Assembly (NCBI GenBank): GCA_946965045.2
Contig: OX337238.1
Coordinates: 3,224,001-3,288,000, forward strand
Direction of reading: 5' to 3'
Length of the DNA: 64,000 bases
DNA from: Epithemia pelagica
Lineage: Eukaryota > Protista > Bacillariophyta
Below, piece after piece: positions 41,501 to 53,443 of the stretch. The position numbers and the translations under genes were made by a program. The notes beneath the pieces were generated by a model. The model worked only from the letters and a program-made list of their open reading frames with translations. It ran no database searches and was not told the DNA's origin. Positions within the stretch are counted from its first letter, which is position 1. Every line of letters begins with the position of its first letter.

Positions 41501-42742
41501 TCTCTTTTTAGAGTACAGTCCTTACACTTTGGACACTTAATCCCCAACGCTTGAAATTCTTCCGGAAGGAACAGCCCCCAATCCACAATGTACAATTTCT
41601 GTCCTACTATTGAGTCCCAGAGGGCATTGTTGTTGTCGCGCACCTCCGGCACACAAAACTCCATGTTGCGCATGTACGCCTTAAGTGACGACAGGTTACG
41701 CTTCTTCTCTAAACAGTTTTCAGCGATCGTCTTGGCCAGCGCGTAAACCATCTTCGGACAGGAAATCGAGGTGTCCGGCGCGACTTCCTTGTACTTGTCG
41801 AGTACCGATCGCATGAATACATAGTCCGCCGACCCAACTGAAGACACGACTTTATTATTGATCAGTGATGTCGTGCGCGCAACACAGTTCTTTCTTCCTC
41901 CCCGTTTACTTGAAAGCTCGATATCCGCCGATGTTATGGTTGTGGCTTCGTTTGAAGCCTCACATACTGTTTTGTTGTTGAGTTGGAAGAAGAGGTTGAA
42001 TTCCTCTTGGCTCATGATGATGGGCTTGAAGGTCACCTCCCTTGTTGCCTCCTTCTTCAGCCTTTCTTCCTCTCTCAATGCTTCCACCAGATGATCAGGG
42101 ATGCCCTTGGTCTTTGAGTTCTTCGTGCAAAACTCGTGATGAGATCGTTTGGGGGGCTTGATACCCAGACGCTTGGCAGAACAGATTCTGCAGTCCCTGT
42201 CTTCCTCAAATGCCTTCTTCTTCTCCAGGGTGAGTTGGTTCAGTCTTCTTGCTTCCTTCTTCTTCTTTGTTGACTTTGTTTGGTGTTGTGCTAACGATTT
42301 CGCCCGTTTTGTTTGGTTGTTTCGTCGTTGGCTTTGGCAACCCATGCCCTCCTGGTCACTGGGTTTCCTTTTGTATGGGTTGTGCAGCACCACCCTTGGT
42401 GCTGGAGGTGGTGGAGAGTCATCCTCCTTGCCAGTCATCGTCTCTCTGTCCATTGTCCTTCCAGAAACATGGACACCATTGTCCATGTCCTGGGCCACGG
42501 TAACCGCGACCGGTCTCATTGGCATGGAATCGTGTTGGAGCGGAACTCCTCGTCGTTTTCATCTTTTTCGTGGGGAAGTCGGCAGGATTCCGTGGCTTTT
42601 TGCGCGTGGCGCGCGATGTCTACAGGTAAGAGAAGACATGTCTGGTCTGATTTTTCGTTAAGTATTTTGCTGTCTTGTCTATGTCTTGTGAAATTTCTAA
42701 CCCAATCATGTATCTGCCATGTATTTCTGAGGCCCCTTTTAC
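38541..42742 (-). mobile_element. Putative DNA transposon, unit 2 (uninterrupted, 4202 bp)
   Basis: One long ORF plus ~620 bp and ~215 bp of non-coding ends. No extended TIR seen. Confidence 0.8.
39160..42525 (-). CDS. Putative DDE transposase (1121 aa), Mutator/hAT/P/Kolobok-type fold, DUF6729-like family by recollection
   Basis: N-terminal CxxC...HHxxC, central CPKC...YYCPEC, candidate catalytic motifs FAQDHT, MYSDTW, RLGLFH and RGESKLESWH, acidic and Gln/Pro-rich tail, and a terminal CC...H...C cluster. Confidence 0.7.
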   Translation of the reverse strand: MPMRPVAVTVAQDMDNGVHVSGRTMDRETMTGKEDDSPPPPAPRVVLHNPYKRKPSDQEGMGCQSQRRNNQTKRAKSLAQHQTKSTKKKKEARRLNQLTLEKKKAFEEDRDCRICSAKRLGIKPPKRSHHEFCTKNSKTKGIPDHLVEALREEERLKKEATREVTFKPIIMSQEEFNLFFQLNNKTVCEASNEATTITSADIELSSKRGGRKNCVARTTSLINNKVVSSVGSADYVFMRSVLDKYKEVAPDTSISCPKMVYALAKTIAENCLEKKRNLSSLKAYMRNMEFCVPEVRDNNNALWDSIVGQKLYIVDWGLFLPEEFQALGIKCPKCKDCTLKRDRTNLSKTKSLFPIFNLGGAPHYALVTNYYCPECKVTHAGNDGALINMLPSHFQKWYPVEAKWARGAQHLDLTATTVFEELLITHGNGDLCSRWLYSAINRDYRKRLTSYLSFCDSTHQKAQDYPKKDGEWLTRFPPLGETIRKAYLEASMSTWNPWRTSDKERHTREIQAVQCQICFAQDHTHQVVKNYPKRLQAEALWDICNEHGEVALAILVRSTETKHFAHALIQLTKRPNFKPSIMYSDTWPHKQSFWEELLRDKNGRKLKGRLGLFHFIQRIVKTLRKNHIDFGHAIRDLLDALYDYDDRDFNKLVTALKDGTMSSTGEKLSDKEIVEMRQTKQFRTRYGKHLRKRIRRKETIITKLEEWKCKYKVTASEGSGAARGRVDPRTQQTLFTMDTHLAIENCKKKAEYLSDPLPVSEMYREIKPGPNSKHGLSEWISYRGESKLESWHDNLAHFANGGMHEDLSDVINLCGTARYNKQIRLKIRLASASMEERNTKMPAAWESVVSHFNHQELAFINKLAVRCGASKPFDWVEDLPPDNGERFFSEYLPIQKQIQQTWPVAFLSNDHCPCNECNEPTEDATNNETMLECDDDDDEISNREDSDSGSDQDMEDDKEPEEEEEEKEEDSEMQECEASAQEQEPIQVTRPVKQNQINATSTTTTRVTTNQQQPTMREQPSLPPPPPPPQQQQPPLAPSSMPNIYQVQQQLLQQAAFLSTIMCPAVGNLHQPHQPPVAPAQMQPIQNCCIRNIQYWNRENRRGIPPHDKSCRNHQSNRPPF

Positions 42743-45700
42743 GAAAATATAGGGGGATCTGGCAGTAGAAGAGGGGAAAAAAGAAGGAGAAAAAAAGAAG
42801 AAGAAAAGGAAAAAAGAAAAAGAAGGAAGAAATTATGGTAAGATTCCCTTCGTCGAGAACGTGCGATTGCCGCTATCAGAATGTGATCTAATTGGCTGTT
42901 GTCTTTGTCACTGTTTCTGCCCCTGTGTGCAATGTGTGGTGAGTGCGTGGTGGACCACGAAGCAGGAAGGAGGGGATTTGGCAGATCCCCACTACCACAG
43001 TACGTATGAGTCCACGGTAAGTGCCTGAAGCGACTGTCTTTTGCTTAAGGTAAACAGTGTCATACTCACATATGCCCGATTGCTTCTCCAGCGAAGATAT
43101 TAGCATTCACCACAAAAGAGTGCGTAGAAGTGTCGTACCACTGGTACAAGGTAAGCCTAGCTACGGCAGGATTTCGGAAGTGGTTGCTCATTTTCCTCTA
43201 GCTCATTATTTCTTGGACGATGGTTTTCTCACTGCTGTTGTTGTTCGTATCGTTAATGCTTATTTTGCTATTTCTTGCGTGTACAGCACCATGGTACGTT
43301 GTCCCAGCCAGGTGCACTGATATTCCATTGATCGAATTGGTTGTTCTAACATTTTTCTTTTTTAAAATGGTGGTCGGTTACTCTGATGGTTTCGGCATGA
43401 TTTGTCGTGTGGTGGAATGCCTCTACGGTTTTCCCGATTCCAATATTGGATGTTGCGAATGCAACAGTTCTGTATTGGCTGCATTTGAGCCGGGGCAACA
43501 GGCGGTTGATGTGGCTGATGAAGATTCCCAACGGCCGGGCACATGATCGTCGAGAGAAAAGCTGCTTGTTGCAAGAGCTGCTGTTGTACCTGGTAAATAT
43601 TGGGCATCGATGATGGTGCCAACGGTGGTTGTTGTTGTTGTGGTGGTGGCGGTGGTGGTGGAAGACTGGGCTGCTCCCTCATTGTTGGCTGTTGCTGGTT
43701 TGTGGTAACTCGTGTTGTCGTTGTGCTTGTTGCGTTGATTTGGTTCTGTTTGACAGGCCGAGTCACTTGGATTGGTTCTTGTTCTTGAGCACTTGCCTCA
43801 CACTCTTGCATCTCGCTGTCTTCTTCTTTTTCCTCCTCCTCTTCTTCTGGTTCTTTATCGTCTTCCATGTCCTGGTCGCTACCACTGTCCGAGTCTTCGC
43901 GGTTCGATATTTCGTCGTCGTCGTCGTCACATTCGAGCATTGTCTCATTGTTTGTTGCGTCCTCTGTTGGTTCATTGCATTCGTTGCAGGGGCAGTGGTC
44001 ATTGCTGAGGAATGCCACTGGCCATGTTTGTTGGATCTGTTTTTGTATCGGCAGGTATTCGGAGAAGAATCGTTCTCCATTGTCAGGAGGTAAGTCTTCG
44101 ACCCAATCAAATGGTTTGCTCGCTCCACAACGAACTGCCAGTTTGTTGATGAAGGCAAGCTCCTGGTGATTGAAGTGACTAACGACACTTTCCCATGCTG
44201 CAGGCATTTTCGTGTTCCTCTCCTCCATTGAAGCCGAGGCTAAACGGATTTTGAGCCGGATTTGTTTGTTATATCGTGCCGTTCCACAGAGGTTGATGAC
44301 ATCACTGAGATCCTCGTGCATTCCTCCATTTGCAAAGTGTGCGAGATTGTCATGCCATGATTCGAGCTTCGACTCGCCCCGGTAAGAAATCCACTCGCTG
44401 AGCCCATGTTTTGAATTTGGACCTGGCTTGATCTCACGATACATTTCACTTACAGGGAGTGGGTCCGAGAGATATTCTGCCTTTTTCTTGCAGTTCTCAA
44501 TGGCAAGGTGAGTGTCCATTGTAAACAGTGTTTGTTGCGTCCTTGGGTCGACTCGTCCTCTTGCTGCTCCAGATCCCTCTGACGCAGTTACCTTGTACTT
44601 GCATTTCCATTCTTCAAGCTTGGTGATGATTGTTTCCTTCCGCCTGATTCTTTTCCGTAAGTGCTTGCCGTATCGTGTCCGAAACTGCTTTGTCTGTCGC
44701 ATTTCAACAATCTCTTTGTCAGACAGTTTCTCACCTGTACTTGACATTGTGCCATCTTTCAGAGCCGTCACAAGTTTGTTGAAGTCGCGATCATCATAGT
44801 CGTACAATGCATCCAACAAATCTCTTATTGCGTGTCCGAAGTCGATATGGTTCTTTCGTAGTGTCTTGACGATCCTCTGAATGAAATGGAAGAGTCCTAA
44901 TCTTCCCTTGAGCTTCCTTCCATTCTTGTCACGCAACAATTCCTCCCAGAAGCTTTGCTTATGGGGCCAGGTGTCGGAATACATGATTGAGGGTTTAAAA
45001 TTTGGTCGCTTGGTGAGTTGAATTAATGCATGGGCGAAGTGTTTTGTCTCCGTGCTTCTAACCAGAATAGCCAATGCTACCTCGCCATGTTCATTGCAGA
45101 TATCCCACAGTGCTTCAGCTTGCAGTCTCTTTGGGTAGTTCTTTACCACCTGGTGAGTGTGATCTTGTGCGAAGCATATCTGACACTGTACCGCTTGTAT
45201 TTCGCGTGTGTGTCGCTCCTTATCACTTGTTCGCCACGGATTCCACGTAGACATTGAGGCTTCAAGGTATGCCTTCCGAATTGTCTCGCCCAATGGTGGA
45301 AACCGTGTCAGCCATTCGCCATCCTTCTTCGGGTAGTCCTGAGCCTTTTGGTGCGTCGAATCACAGAAAGACAGGTAGCTTGTAAGTCTCTTCCTGTAAT
45401 CTCGGTTGATTGCACTATATAACAACCGACTACATAGATCTCCATTCCCATGGGTAATCAGTAGTTCCTCAAAAACAGTTGTAGCAGTGAGGTCTAGATG
45501 TTGAGCACCTCTAGCCCACTTGGCCTCGACCGGGTACCATTTTTGAAAATGTGAGGGCAGCATATTGATCAGCGCCCCATCATTACCGGCGTGCGTGACC
45601 TTGCATTCCGGGCAGTAGTAGTTGGTGACCAGGGCGTAGTGGGGAGCACCACCAAGATTAAAAATCGGAAATAGGCTCTTGGTCTTGGAAAGGTTGGTCC

Positions 45701-46655
45701 TGTCTCTTTTTAGAGTACAGTCCTTACACTTTGGACACTTAATCCCCAACGCTTGAAATTCTTCCGGAAGGAACAGCCCCCAATCCACAATGTACAATTT
45801 CTGTCCTACTATTGAGTCCCAGAGGGCATTGTTGTTTGTTAGAATTCTCACCGTCTATGGTGGTTAGATTCTACATCTCATCGATTCCCCATGTCACATA
45901 GCCTCGTGCTATCGCATCATGCCCTCTAGCTTCGAGCTATGTTTCCTAGCTTCGCGCTATATCGACCTATATTTCTTCGCAAATCATGAAAAGTGAGAAT
46001 AGATTGACGAACTCACTCTCAAGACTAAATTGGGTCGTGCGGTATTACAACGGACGTAAATTTGGCCGTTGCTCAGACACTGTACTAACGCCCTAAGCGT
46101 ACGCGCCCGAAATCATCGAGCGCGCCCAAGCGACATCCGAGCGCTATCGGCATCTATCCGATCCAACGGTCTAAGTATCCCAAGCACGACACACGATCAC
46201 GCGAGACCATATTTCCATTCCCACAATCTCCAAATTGTCAACAAGCTGCGCGCCATGAAAACAACTATGCCAACCCAAAGCAAGAGCTGTTGACCCTGTA
46301 TATGTTATCCGCCCACATATACATGTCATATACATCACATGAATCAACTCCAACTATTCCAAACCTGTTGCCGCCAAGAACCTATGATACATGACCCTTG
46401 GCAGGACCGAACATTTCACGTAGACCTATCGTAGTAATCAACACACAATCTAACAATATCACCATTTATCACATCCTCTTTTGTGTCCCGACTATCCTTC
46501 TGATAGACTTCGACTTGCTTGCTTCTCTGACCCTGAGAAGCTTGTATCGGTTGGTGACCTACCTGATTGTCTGCTCTACCGAGCATCAATGTCCCTACGA
46601 TTCAGAAAGAATTGTAACAGATTAACAGTCTCAAAGCTTATTTCCTTGTGGTTTC

Positions 46656-47435
46656 ATGGATACTAACGAGATTATCACTCCTGTACGACAGATCTATCGA
46701 GCCAACCTGCATCCCGGGCAGCCCGATACCCTGGTGCAGCAGGAACTGGTGCCGACGCCGAAGGCAGCCAACACATCGGTCAACATCTCCGTCGACAGTT
46801 CCAACAGCAATCCATTCGAGACTCCAACCCAGCCTCACGCTCCGATCCCTGCGCCGTTGCTTCGGCCCCCGAGTCCGCCTCGTCGGCTCGTCCCTTCTCG
46901 ATCCCGTCGTACCACCCGGTTGATTGCTGATCATATCAAGTACTTCCGCCAACCAACTTGTTCGACCTTCGATCCCGAGATCATCCGTGGGGAGACCCAG
47001 ATCGAACGCCAGTTCCAATCGGTGACCCACATCGTCGACCAAGAAGACATTGACCGTCTGAACGACCAACTTCACCGCTCTCCGAGGCGTCGCCTCATCT
47101 TTGCCGCCCTCTCGGGCAACCCCATCCGTACTGTCCACCTCCGCTTCCTAACCTTCGAGCGCCCAACTGGATACTACAATACCATCTACGTCGTGAACGC
47201 GACGACTTGCCCTCTGCCTCCTAACGTTGTACGCCTAGATAACTACGTTGCCTACATCCACGAGGTCCATACCATCGAGGACCATCGTGCAACTATCTAC
47301 CCTTTGCGTACCGAGGTCGAGAACCACCTGGCTGAAGGTGATACCCCTTCTTCTGTTGCTTGTGCTGCCCCATCTGAGCCTGGAAGCGACTCTGATCATT
47401 CGGAAGAGGGTGAGGATTCAGAGACCGAAGCTTAA
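46656..47435 (+). CDS. Additional leader ORF of C2b (259 aa)
   Basis: Identical translation to 29863-30642. Confidence 0.7.
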   Translation: MDTNEIITPVRQIYRANLHPGQPDTLVQQELVPTPKAANTSVNISVDSSNSNPFETPTQPHAPIPAPLLRPPSPPRRLVPSRSRRTTRLIADHIKYFRQPTCSTFDPEIIRGETQIERQFQSVTHIVDQEDIDRLNDQLHRSPRRRLIFAALSGNPIRTVHLRFLTFERPTGYYNTIYVVNATTCPLPPNVVRLDNYVAYIHEVHTIEDHRATIYPLRTEVENHLAEGDTPSSVACAAPSEPGSDSDHSEEGEDSETEA

Positions 47436-47755
47436 TTACTCATAGTTAACTCCCGTCCTCTCAAAACCTTTCCAAGACTTAAACTCAACGCACATCCGGG
47501 TACCCTTGGTCGCACAACACGCCACACATTCCCGTCAAATCGCGAAAATTCGGCGAAAATTTGTTGAAACTCGGCGAAAATTTGTCGAAATCAACGGAAA
47601 TTTCCAGGAGTCGCACATCACAACACACATCCGGGTATTACATACGTGGTACATACGTGGCACACGTGGTACATCCGGGTTCACATCACATCACACATTA
47701 AATAAACCACATCACACCGCACATTAAATAAACATCGAACCAACCAAATAACACC

Positions 47756-50700
47756 ATGGATCCTCAATCACCCAAGACACCTACGACTCCTAAGGGAGAA
47801 GATAACCAAGACAATGTCTCGGACACAGACCTATTCGACCACATCATATTTACTGTCTGCCAATTTTTTACCAAAGAAAGGGCTGACTACTTAATGAAGT
47901 GGATGAAATACCATGGTTTTGAGAACATTACCCATGTTATCTCGTATATGCAAACTAATACCGAGGAATCCATGAAGGAACTGACACAATACAAGGTCAA
48001 CAAACAGACACATGATCTACAAGGCCCCACAAGACAGCAGATCAAGCTCTTGGCTTATTGGGCCACATACAAGACCAATGAAATTCAAGACGAGCTATCC
48101 AATAGCGACTGGATGAACCTAACGAGGAAAGAGTTCAACACTTGGAGGATCAACACAGATTTCTCTAAGGGACCACCTAGCCAAGTCCCAGTCTCGCCAA
48201 TGAAGTCACCGTCATCTGTGAAATCTGTCAGCACAGTTACTGCCGCATCCCAATCTCAACAAGACCTTACAGCATTCAAAAAGGGAACTAAGCGCGACGC
48301 AACTGCATATGAGGTATTCAAGGATGAACGATACTACGATTCATTCTGGCGTGTATTCAAGACTACAGCTAAGGCTCAAGGCCTATCCAACGTTCTGAAT
48401 TTCAAATACACACCACCCCATGATGATGAGTATGCCGAAGAACTTTTTCAAGAGCAACAAGTATTTCTTTACTCCGTTCTTGTCCGTATCATTCAGACTG
48501 ACCAAGGTCGAGCCTATGTACGTGAACATGAACATGATGAAGATGCGCGTGCCGTATTGCAGAAGTTACACTCTTTGCATACCGAATCCGACCTAGCAAA
48601 GCGAGAAGTCCTCCGCTTAACCAACTACATTTCCAATCTACGTCTTGACGACACATGGCGCGGAACAACACGTCAATTTCTTCTACACTTTCAAGAGCAG
48701 CTACGTTTGCTAGACAATTTAGTGACATTGTCTGATCGCATCCCTGATCATACCAGGATGACCTTCCTCATGCAAGCTGTAGAAAAGGTACCTGATCTCC
48801 GCCGAGTCAAGATCTTGGATAATGTGGTGAACACCAAATCCGGTGCAAAATCCCTTTGCTATCAATCATACTTCCGTCTCCTTCTAGACGCAGCTTATGA
48901 CCATGATCAAGCAACCCAGTCATCTGTTCATAGTCGCCGTCGACATGTCAAACAACATGAATCACTATATGGCCAAGATACAGATGCTGACATAACCTCA
49001 CAAGATGATATGGAGTATCATGTCCACAACACCAAAGCGACATCTGAATCTCCATCCTCTTCGTCCAAGGTTAGTCTACCGCGTGACCTATGGTTCAAAC
49101 TTTCTGAAGAAGATCGCAAGTTGATCATTGAATATAACAAGATGATTCAAGCACCTTCATCAACAACACCGAGGACAGTGCAAACACATGCCCTCGACAT
49201 TGATCCGGAACCTGATCCTGATCCCAACCAAGTTGTATCTGATGACGACTCACCTGGCGTAGTCACTGAGCATTCAGATGATTCAGATCCGGTTACACAA
49301 TTTATCAACCAAGCCATGACGACTGATATCAATCACCCGGCAACTGACCTGACTAGTGTTCTTTCTAACGCCAAGTCCAAGACGAGCAAGAAGGTTACTT
49401 TCAAAGCCAACATGCATAAACAAGCAGGACATGTTCCACGCTATCTGTTTTCCAGGAAATCTACTTTACCAGGGAATCAATTGATTGACCGTGGTGCTAA
49501 TGGAGGACTTGCTGGTTCTGACATGCGCATCCTTTCTAAGACTGGCCGCCATATCACTATTGTGGGTATTGATAACCATGAACTTACTGGACTTCCTGTC
49601 GTCACATGTGCCGCAAAGTTTGAGACCAATGATGGACCTATTGTCGGCATCTTCAATGAATATGCTTATTATGGGAAGGGCTTATCTATCCATGCTCCTG
49701 GTCAATTCGAGCATTTCGGACTTGCTGTTGATGAACGATCTGTTAAAGTTGATGGTAAACAACGCATCACTACACTTGATGGTCGTGCCATACCCCTTCA
49801 CATCAAGGATGGGTTAGCCTACATCCACTCCTTGGGTATCCCCAGCGACGATGACATGGATACCTTACCTCAGATCATCTTCACGTCACCCGACACATGG
49901 GATCCTGGTGTTCTGGACCATTCGTATTCTCCCACACCCTCTGACAATGATCCTGATTGGAAACACGTCAAGACTGATGGTAGTATGTCGAACCATCCAT
50001 ATGACAACTATGGGGAGTACACTGATCGTGTTGTTTGTAACCTCAATCTCCTTTTGGATCTCCCATACGATCATGGACCTGACGACGCACCCTTCTTTTC
50101 TATCTATGCTGACGCAGAGGGTAATGATCCTACACTTCATGCCTCTGTCCACCGTCGTTACCAGGAAGCGTATGACTGGAAGAAGTTCCGTCCATTCTTT
50201 GGTTGGCAATCTGAAGATGTTATTGCCGATACGTTCAAGCACACTACACGTAATGGTAGCATTCCTTTTGACCACGACACCCTCAAGAAACATTTCAAGG
50301 CTCGCAATCCGGTCCTTAATATACCTCGACGCCATGAACCCGTTGCTACTGACTCGGTTTTCTCCGACACCCCTGCTGTTGACCATGGCGGTAAAGTCGC
50401 ACAAATCTTTGTTGGTCGAGATACTCTGGTTACTGATATCTATGGGATCAAGTCAACCAAACAGTTTGTCAATACTCTTCAGGACAACATCCGGTTTCGT
50501 GGTGCCATGGAGACTCTTATCAGTGATGGTGGTTCATCTCTCATCTCTCAAAAGGTTAAAGACATTCTTCGCACTTTGCTTATTGGGGAGTATCGATCCG
50601 AACCTTATCATCAACACCAGAATAAGGCTGAAAACCGTTACCAGACCGTTAAACGTATGACCAACGCTCTCATGAATGCCACTGGTTGCCCTGCCAACAC

Positions 50701-53443
50701 CTGGCTTCTTTGCCTTGAGTATGTCTGTGACTTATTGAACCATACGTCATCACCCACCCACTCCGGTCGCACTCCTCTTGAGGCTCTCTCCGGACGCCCA
50801 CCCGACATTACTCATCTCTTGTTCTTTCCTTTCTGGGATGAGGTTTACTATCGTGTCGACCCCGCTGAACCCAATTCCGGTTCATATCCATCTTCTTCTG
50901 ATGAGAAACTTGGCCACTGGGTTGGTTTTGCTCACAACGTTGGTGATTCTTTTACTTGGAAGATTCTCACCCAGGATAACCAGATCATCTACCGTTCTGC
51001 CGTTCGCCGTGTTGCATCCACTACACCTAACCTACGTGTGGATCGACCTTCAGGGGAGGATTCGTCTGACAAGGATGACAATGATAAGCAAGCTGACACT
51101 GTCTTCATTCGCAGTGATAGTGAAGATCCATCCAAACCAATGCCCACGATCGATTTTGACGACATGATAGGACGCACATTCCTATGCGACACAGAAGAAA
51201 ATGGGGAGCGACACCGTGCACGTGTCATCAAACGAGTCATTGATCTTAATGAAGAAGCAACGAAACAGGAAGAACGTGTCAAGTATATCTACCGAAAGAC
51301 AAATTCTGATGTTGATGAGATGATATCCTATAATCAACTCATGGAGTATATCGAACGAGATAACCAAGCTCAAACCTCTGGAGATAATCTTTTCAGGTTC
51401 AGGGACGTCATTGCCCATCAAGGCCCACTGAACACAACTGATCCAGATTACAAGGGGAGCAAATATAATTTGCTTGTTGATTGGGAAACTGGGGAGACTA
51501 CCTATGAACCTTTATCACTCATCGCCAATGATGATCCGATCACTGTAGCAATTTATGGAAAGAAACATGATTTACTCAACGAACCTGGATGGAAGCATTT
51601 GAAACGTTATGTCAAAACAAGCAAACGTCTCATTCGAGCAGCCAAACAGTCAAGGATTAAACAAGTTCACCATTCCGTCAAGTATAAGTTTGGATTCCAA
51701 GTACCACGCAATTATGAGGAAGCTGTCACTCTTGATAAACAACATGGCAACACAAAGTGGCAAGATGCAACAGAATTAGAATTGTCACAGATCCAGTCCT
51801 ACAAGACATTCAAGGATTTTGGGAAAGCCATCTTCATTAAAGGGAAAGTATCCAATGCACCTGAAGGATATCATAAGATACGTGTACATCTTGTCTTTGA
51901 CGTAAAACATGATGGACGACATAAAGCAAGACTTGTCGCAGATGGACATCTCACAAAAGAACCTGTTGAGACAATCTATTCAGGTGTTGTTTCCATTCGC
52001 AACCTCCGCATTGCCTTATTCCTGGGTACTTTGAATGACTTGGAAATATGGGGAGCAGATATTGGAAACGCATATCTGGAAGCCTTGACAGGGGAGAAAC
52101 TTTTCATTGTCGCAGGACCTGAATTCAAGGAATTAGAAGGTCACATCCTGATTATATACAAGGCACTTTATGGATTGAAGTCATCAGGCGCACGCTGGCA
52201 TGATGTCTTATTCGATGTTTTGACAGACATGGGATTTTCACCAAGCAAAGCAGATCCGGATATCTGGATGAGGAAGGCACCTGGAGAGGACTGTTACGAA
52301 TACATTACCGTATACGTTGATGACTTAGCCATTATTTCTACTGATCCTGGGAATATCTGCAAGATCCTGAAGGAGAAATACAACTTCAAACTCAAAGGAG
52401 ATGGACCTATTGATTTCCACTTGGGATGTTGTTACACCAAGGATTCTGATGGAACATTAGTAGCAGATCCAAGACGCTACATTGGTAAGATGATGGACAC
52501 TTTCGAACGAATCTTCAAGGAGAAACCCAAGAAAGCCAAAACACCTCTTATTGGTGGAGACCATCCTGAATTGGACGATTCTGAGCTCCTTGATGAAGAA
52601 GGTACTAACCATTTCCAAACTCTGATTGGACAACTTCAATGGGTGATCACTATTGGTCGTTTCGACGTCTTCACCGCTACAATGACGCTATCACGCTTTC
52701 GTGCTGCTCCGAGGAAAGGACATCTTGATAGAGCCAAGCGTATCTATGGATACCTTGCACATCTCCCAGAAGGCGCAATCAGATTTAGGATTGGAGAGCC
52801 TGATTATTCAAGTCTTCCTACCCAAGAATTTGATTGGACTCGCACTGTCTATTCGAATGCAAGTGAACGTATTCCTGAAGACTGCCCAACACCTCTTGGC
52901 CGCTATGTTACTACAACTCATTATGTTGATGCCAATCTCATGCATGACATAGTCACTGGTAAATCCGTCACTGCTGTTCTACATTTGTTGAACGGAACAC
53001 CTATTGACTGGTACAGCAAGAGACAGAGCACAGTGGAAACTGCTACCTATGGATCCGAGTTCGTGGCTGCAAGGACAGCAATAGATCAGATTACAGAATT
53101 ACGACATTCTCTCCGCTACCTTGGAGTACCTATCCGAGAGCGAAGTTACATGTACGGAGATAACAGATCTGTTGTGCTCAATGCAACCGTTCCTCATTCC
53201 ATACTATCCAAGAGACACCATCTTCTGTCATACCACCGAGTTCGTGAAGCCATCGCAGCAAAGTATGTTGCATTCTACTGGAAAGATGGAAAGACCAACC
53301 CCGCCGATATCCTTAGCAAACATTGGGATTTCGTATCTATCTGGCCCATGCTCAAGCCATTGTTGTTTTGGAAAGGAGAAGTTCAAGACCTCAACAAATC
53401 CAATGATGACAAGGCTGAAACGACGAGTTGTGGGGAGTGTTAG
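47756..53443 (+). CDS. Gag-Pol polyprotein of C2b (1895 aa)
   Basis: Same motifs as 30963-36650. Confidence 0.97.
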   Translation: MDPQSPKTPTTPKGEDNQDNVSDTDLFDHIIFTVCQFFTKERADYLMKWMKYHGFENITHVISYMQTNTEESMKELTQYKVNKQTHDLQGPTRQQIKLLAYWATYKTNEIQDELSNSDWMNLTRKEFNTWRINTDFSKGPPSQVPVSPMKSPSSVKSVSTVTAASQSQQDLTAFKKGTKRDATAYEVFKDERYYDSFWRVFKTTAKAQGLSNVLNFKYTPPHDDEYAEELFQEQQVFLYSVLVRIIQTDQGRAYVREHEHDEDARAVLQKLHSLHTESDLAKREVLRLTNYISNLRLDDTWRGTTRQFLLHFQEQLRLLDNLVTLSDRIPDHTRMTFLMQAVEKVPDLRRVKILDNVVNTKSGAKSLCYQSYFRLLLDAAYDHDQATQSSVHSRRRHVKQHESLYGQDTDADITSQDDMEYHVHNTKATSESPSSSSKVSLPRDLWFKLSEEDRKLIIEYNKMIQAPSSTTPRTVQTHALDIDPEPDPDPNQVVSDDDSPGVVTEHSDDSDPVTQFINQAMTTDINHPATDLTSVLSNAKSKTSKKVTFKANMHKQAGHVPRYLFSRKSTLPGNQLIDRGANGGLAGSDMRILSKTGRHITIVGIDNHELTGLPVVTCAAKFETNDGPIVGIFNEYAYYGKGLSIHAPGQFEHFGLAVDERSVKVDGKQRITTLDGRAIPLHIKDGLAYIHSLGIPSDDDMDTLPQIIFTSPDTWDPGVLDHSYSPTPSDNDPDWKHVKTDGSMSNHPYDNYGEYTDRVVCNLNLLLDLPYDHGPDDAPFFSIYADAEGNDPTLHASVHRRYQEAYDWKKFRPFFGWQSEDVIADTFKHTTRNGSIPFDHDTLKKHFKARNPVLNIPRRHEPVATDSVFSDTPAVDHGGKVAQIFVGRDTLVTDIYGIKSTKQFVNTLQDNIRFRGAMETLISDGGSSLISQKVKDILRTLLIGEYRSEPYHQHQNKAENRYQTVKRMTNALMNATGCPANTWLLCLEYVCDLLNHTSSPTHSGRTPLEALSGRPPDITHLLFFPFWDEVYYRVDPAEPNSGSYPSSSDEKLGHWVGFAHNVGDSFTWKILTQDNQIIYRSAVRRVASTTPNLRVDRPSGEDSSDKDDNDKQADTVFIRSDSEDPSKPMPTIDFDDMIGRTFLCDTEENGERHRARVIKRVIDLNEEATKQEERVKYIYRKTNSDVDEMISYNQLMEYIERDNQAQTSGDNLFRFRDVIAHQGPLNTTDPDYKGSKYNLLVDWETGETTYEPLSLIANDDPITVAIYGKKHDLLNEPGWKHLKRYVKTSKRLIRAAKQSRIKQVHHSVKYKFGFQVPRNYEEAVTLDKQHGNTKWQDATELELSQIQSYKTFKDFGKAIFIKGKVSNAPEGYHKIRVHLVFDVKHDGRHKARLVADGHLTKEPVETIYSGVVSIRNLRIALFLGTLNDLEIWGADIGNAYLEALTGEKLFIVAGPEFKELEGHILIIYKALYGLKSSGARWHDVLFDVLTDMGFSPSKADPDIWMRKAPGEDCYEYITVYVDDLAIISTDPGNICKILKEKYNFKLKGDGPIDFHLGCCYTKDSDGTLVADPRRYIGKMMDTFERIFKEKPKKAKTPLIGGDHPELDDSELLDEEGTNHFQTLIGQLQWVITIGRFDVFTATMTLSRFRAAPRKGHLDRAKRIYGYLAHLPEGAIRFRIGEPDYSSLPTQEFDWTRTVYSNASERIPEDCPTPLGRYVTTTHYVDANLMHDIVTGKSVTAVLHLLNGTPIDWYSKRQSTVETATYGSEFVAARTAIDQITELRHSLRYLGVPIRERSYMYGDNRSVVLNATVPHSILSKRHHLLSYHRVREAIAAKYVAFYWKDGKTNPADILSKHWDFVSIWPMLKPLLFWKGEVQDLNKSNDDKAETTSCGEC

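Noticed and set aside
43362-45851. 829-aa ORF starting in the Copia LTR as a new chimeric gene (also 26971-29058)
   Set aside because: It starts at a GTG immediately after an in-frame stop in the antisense LTR, and is simply the 3' part of the interrupted transposase. There is no evidence of expression.
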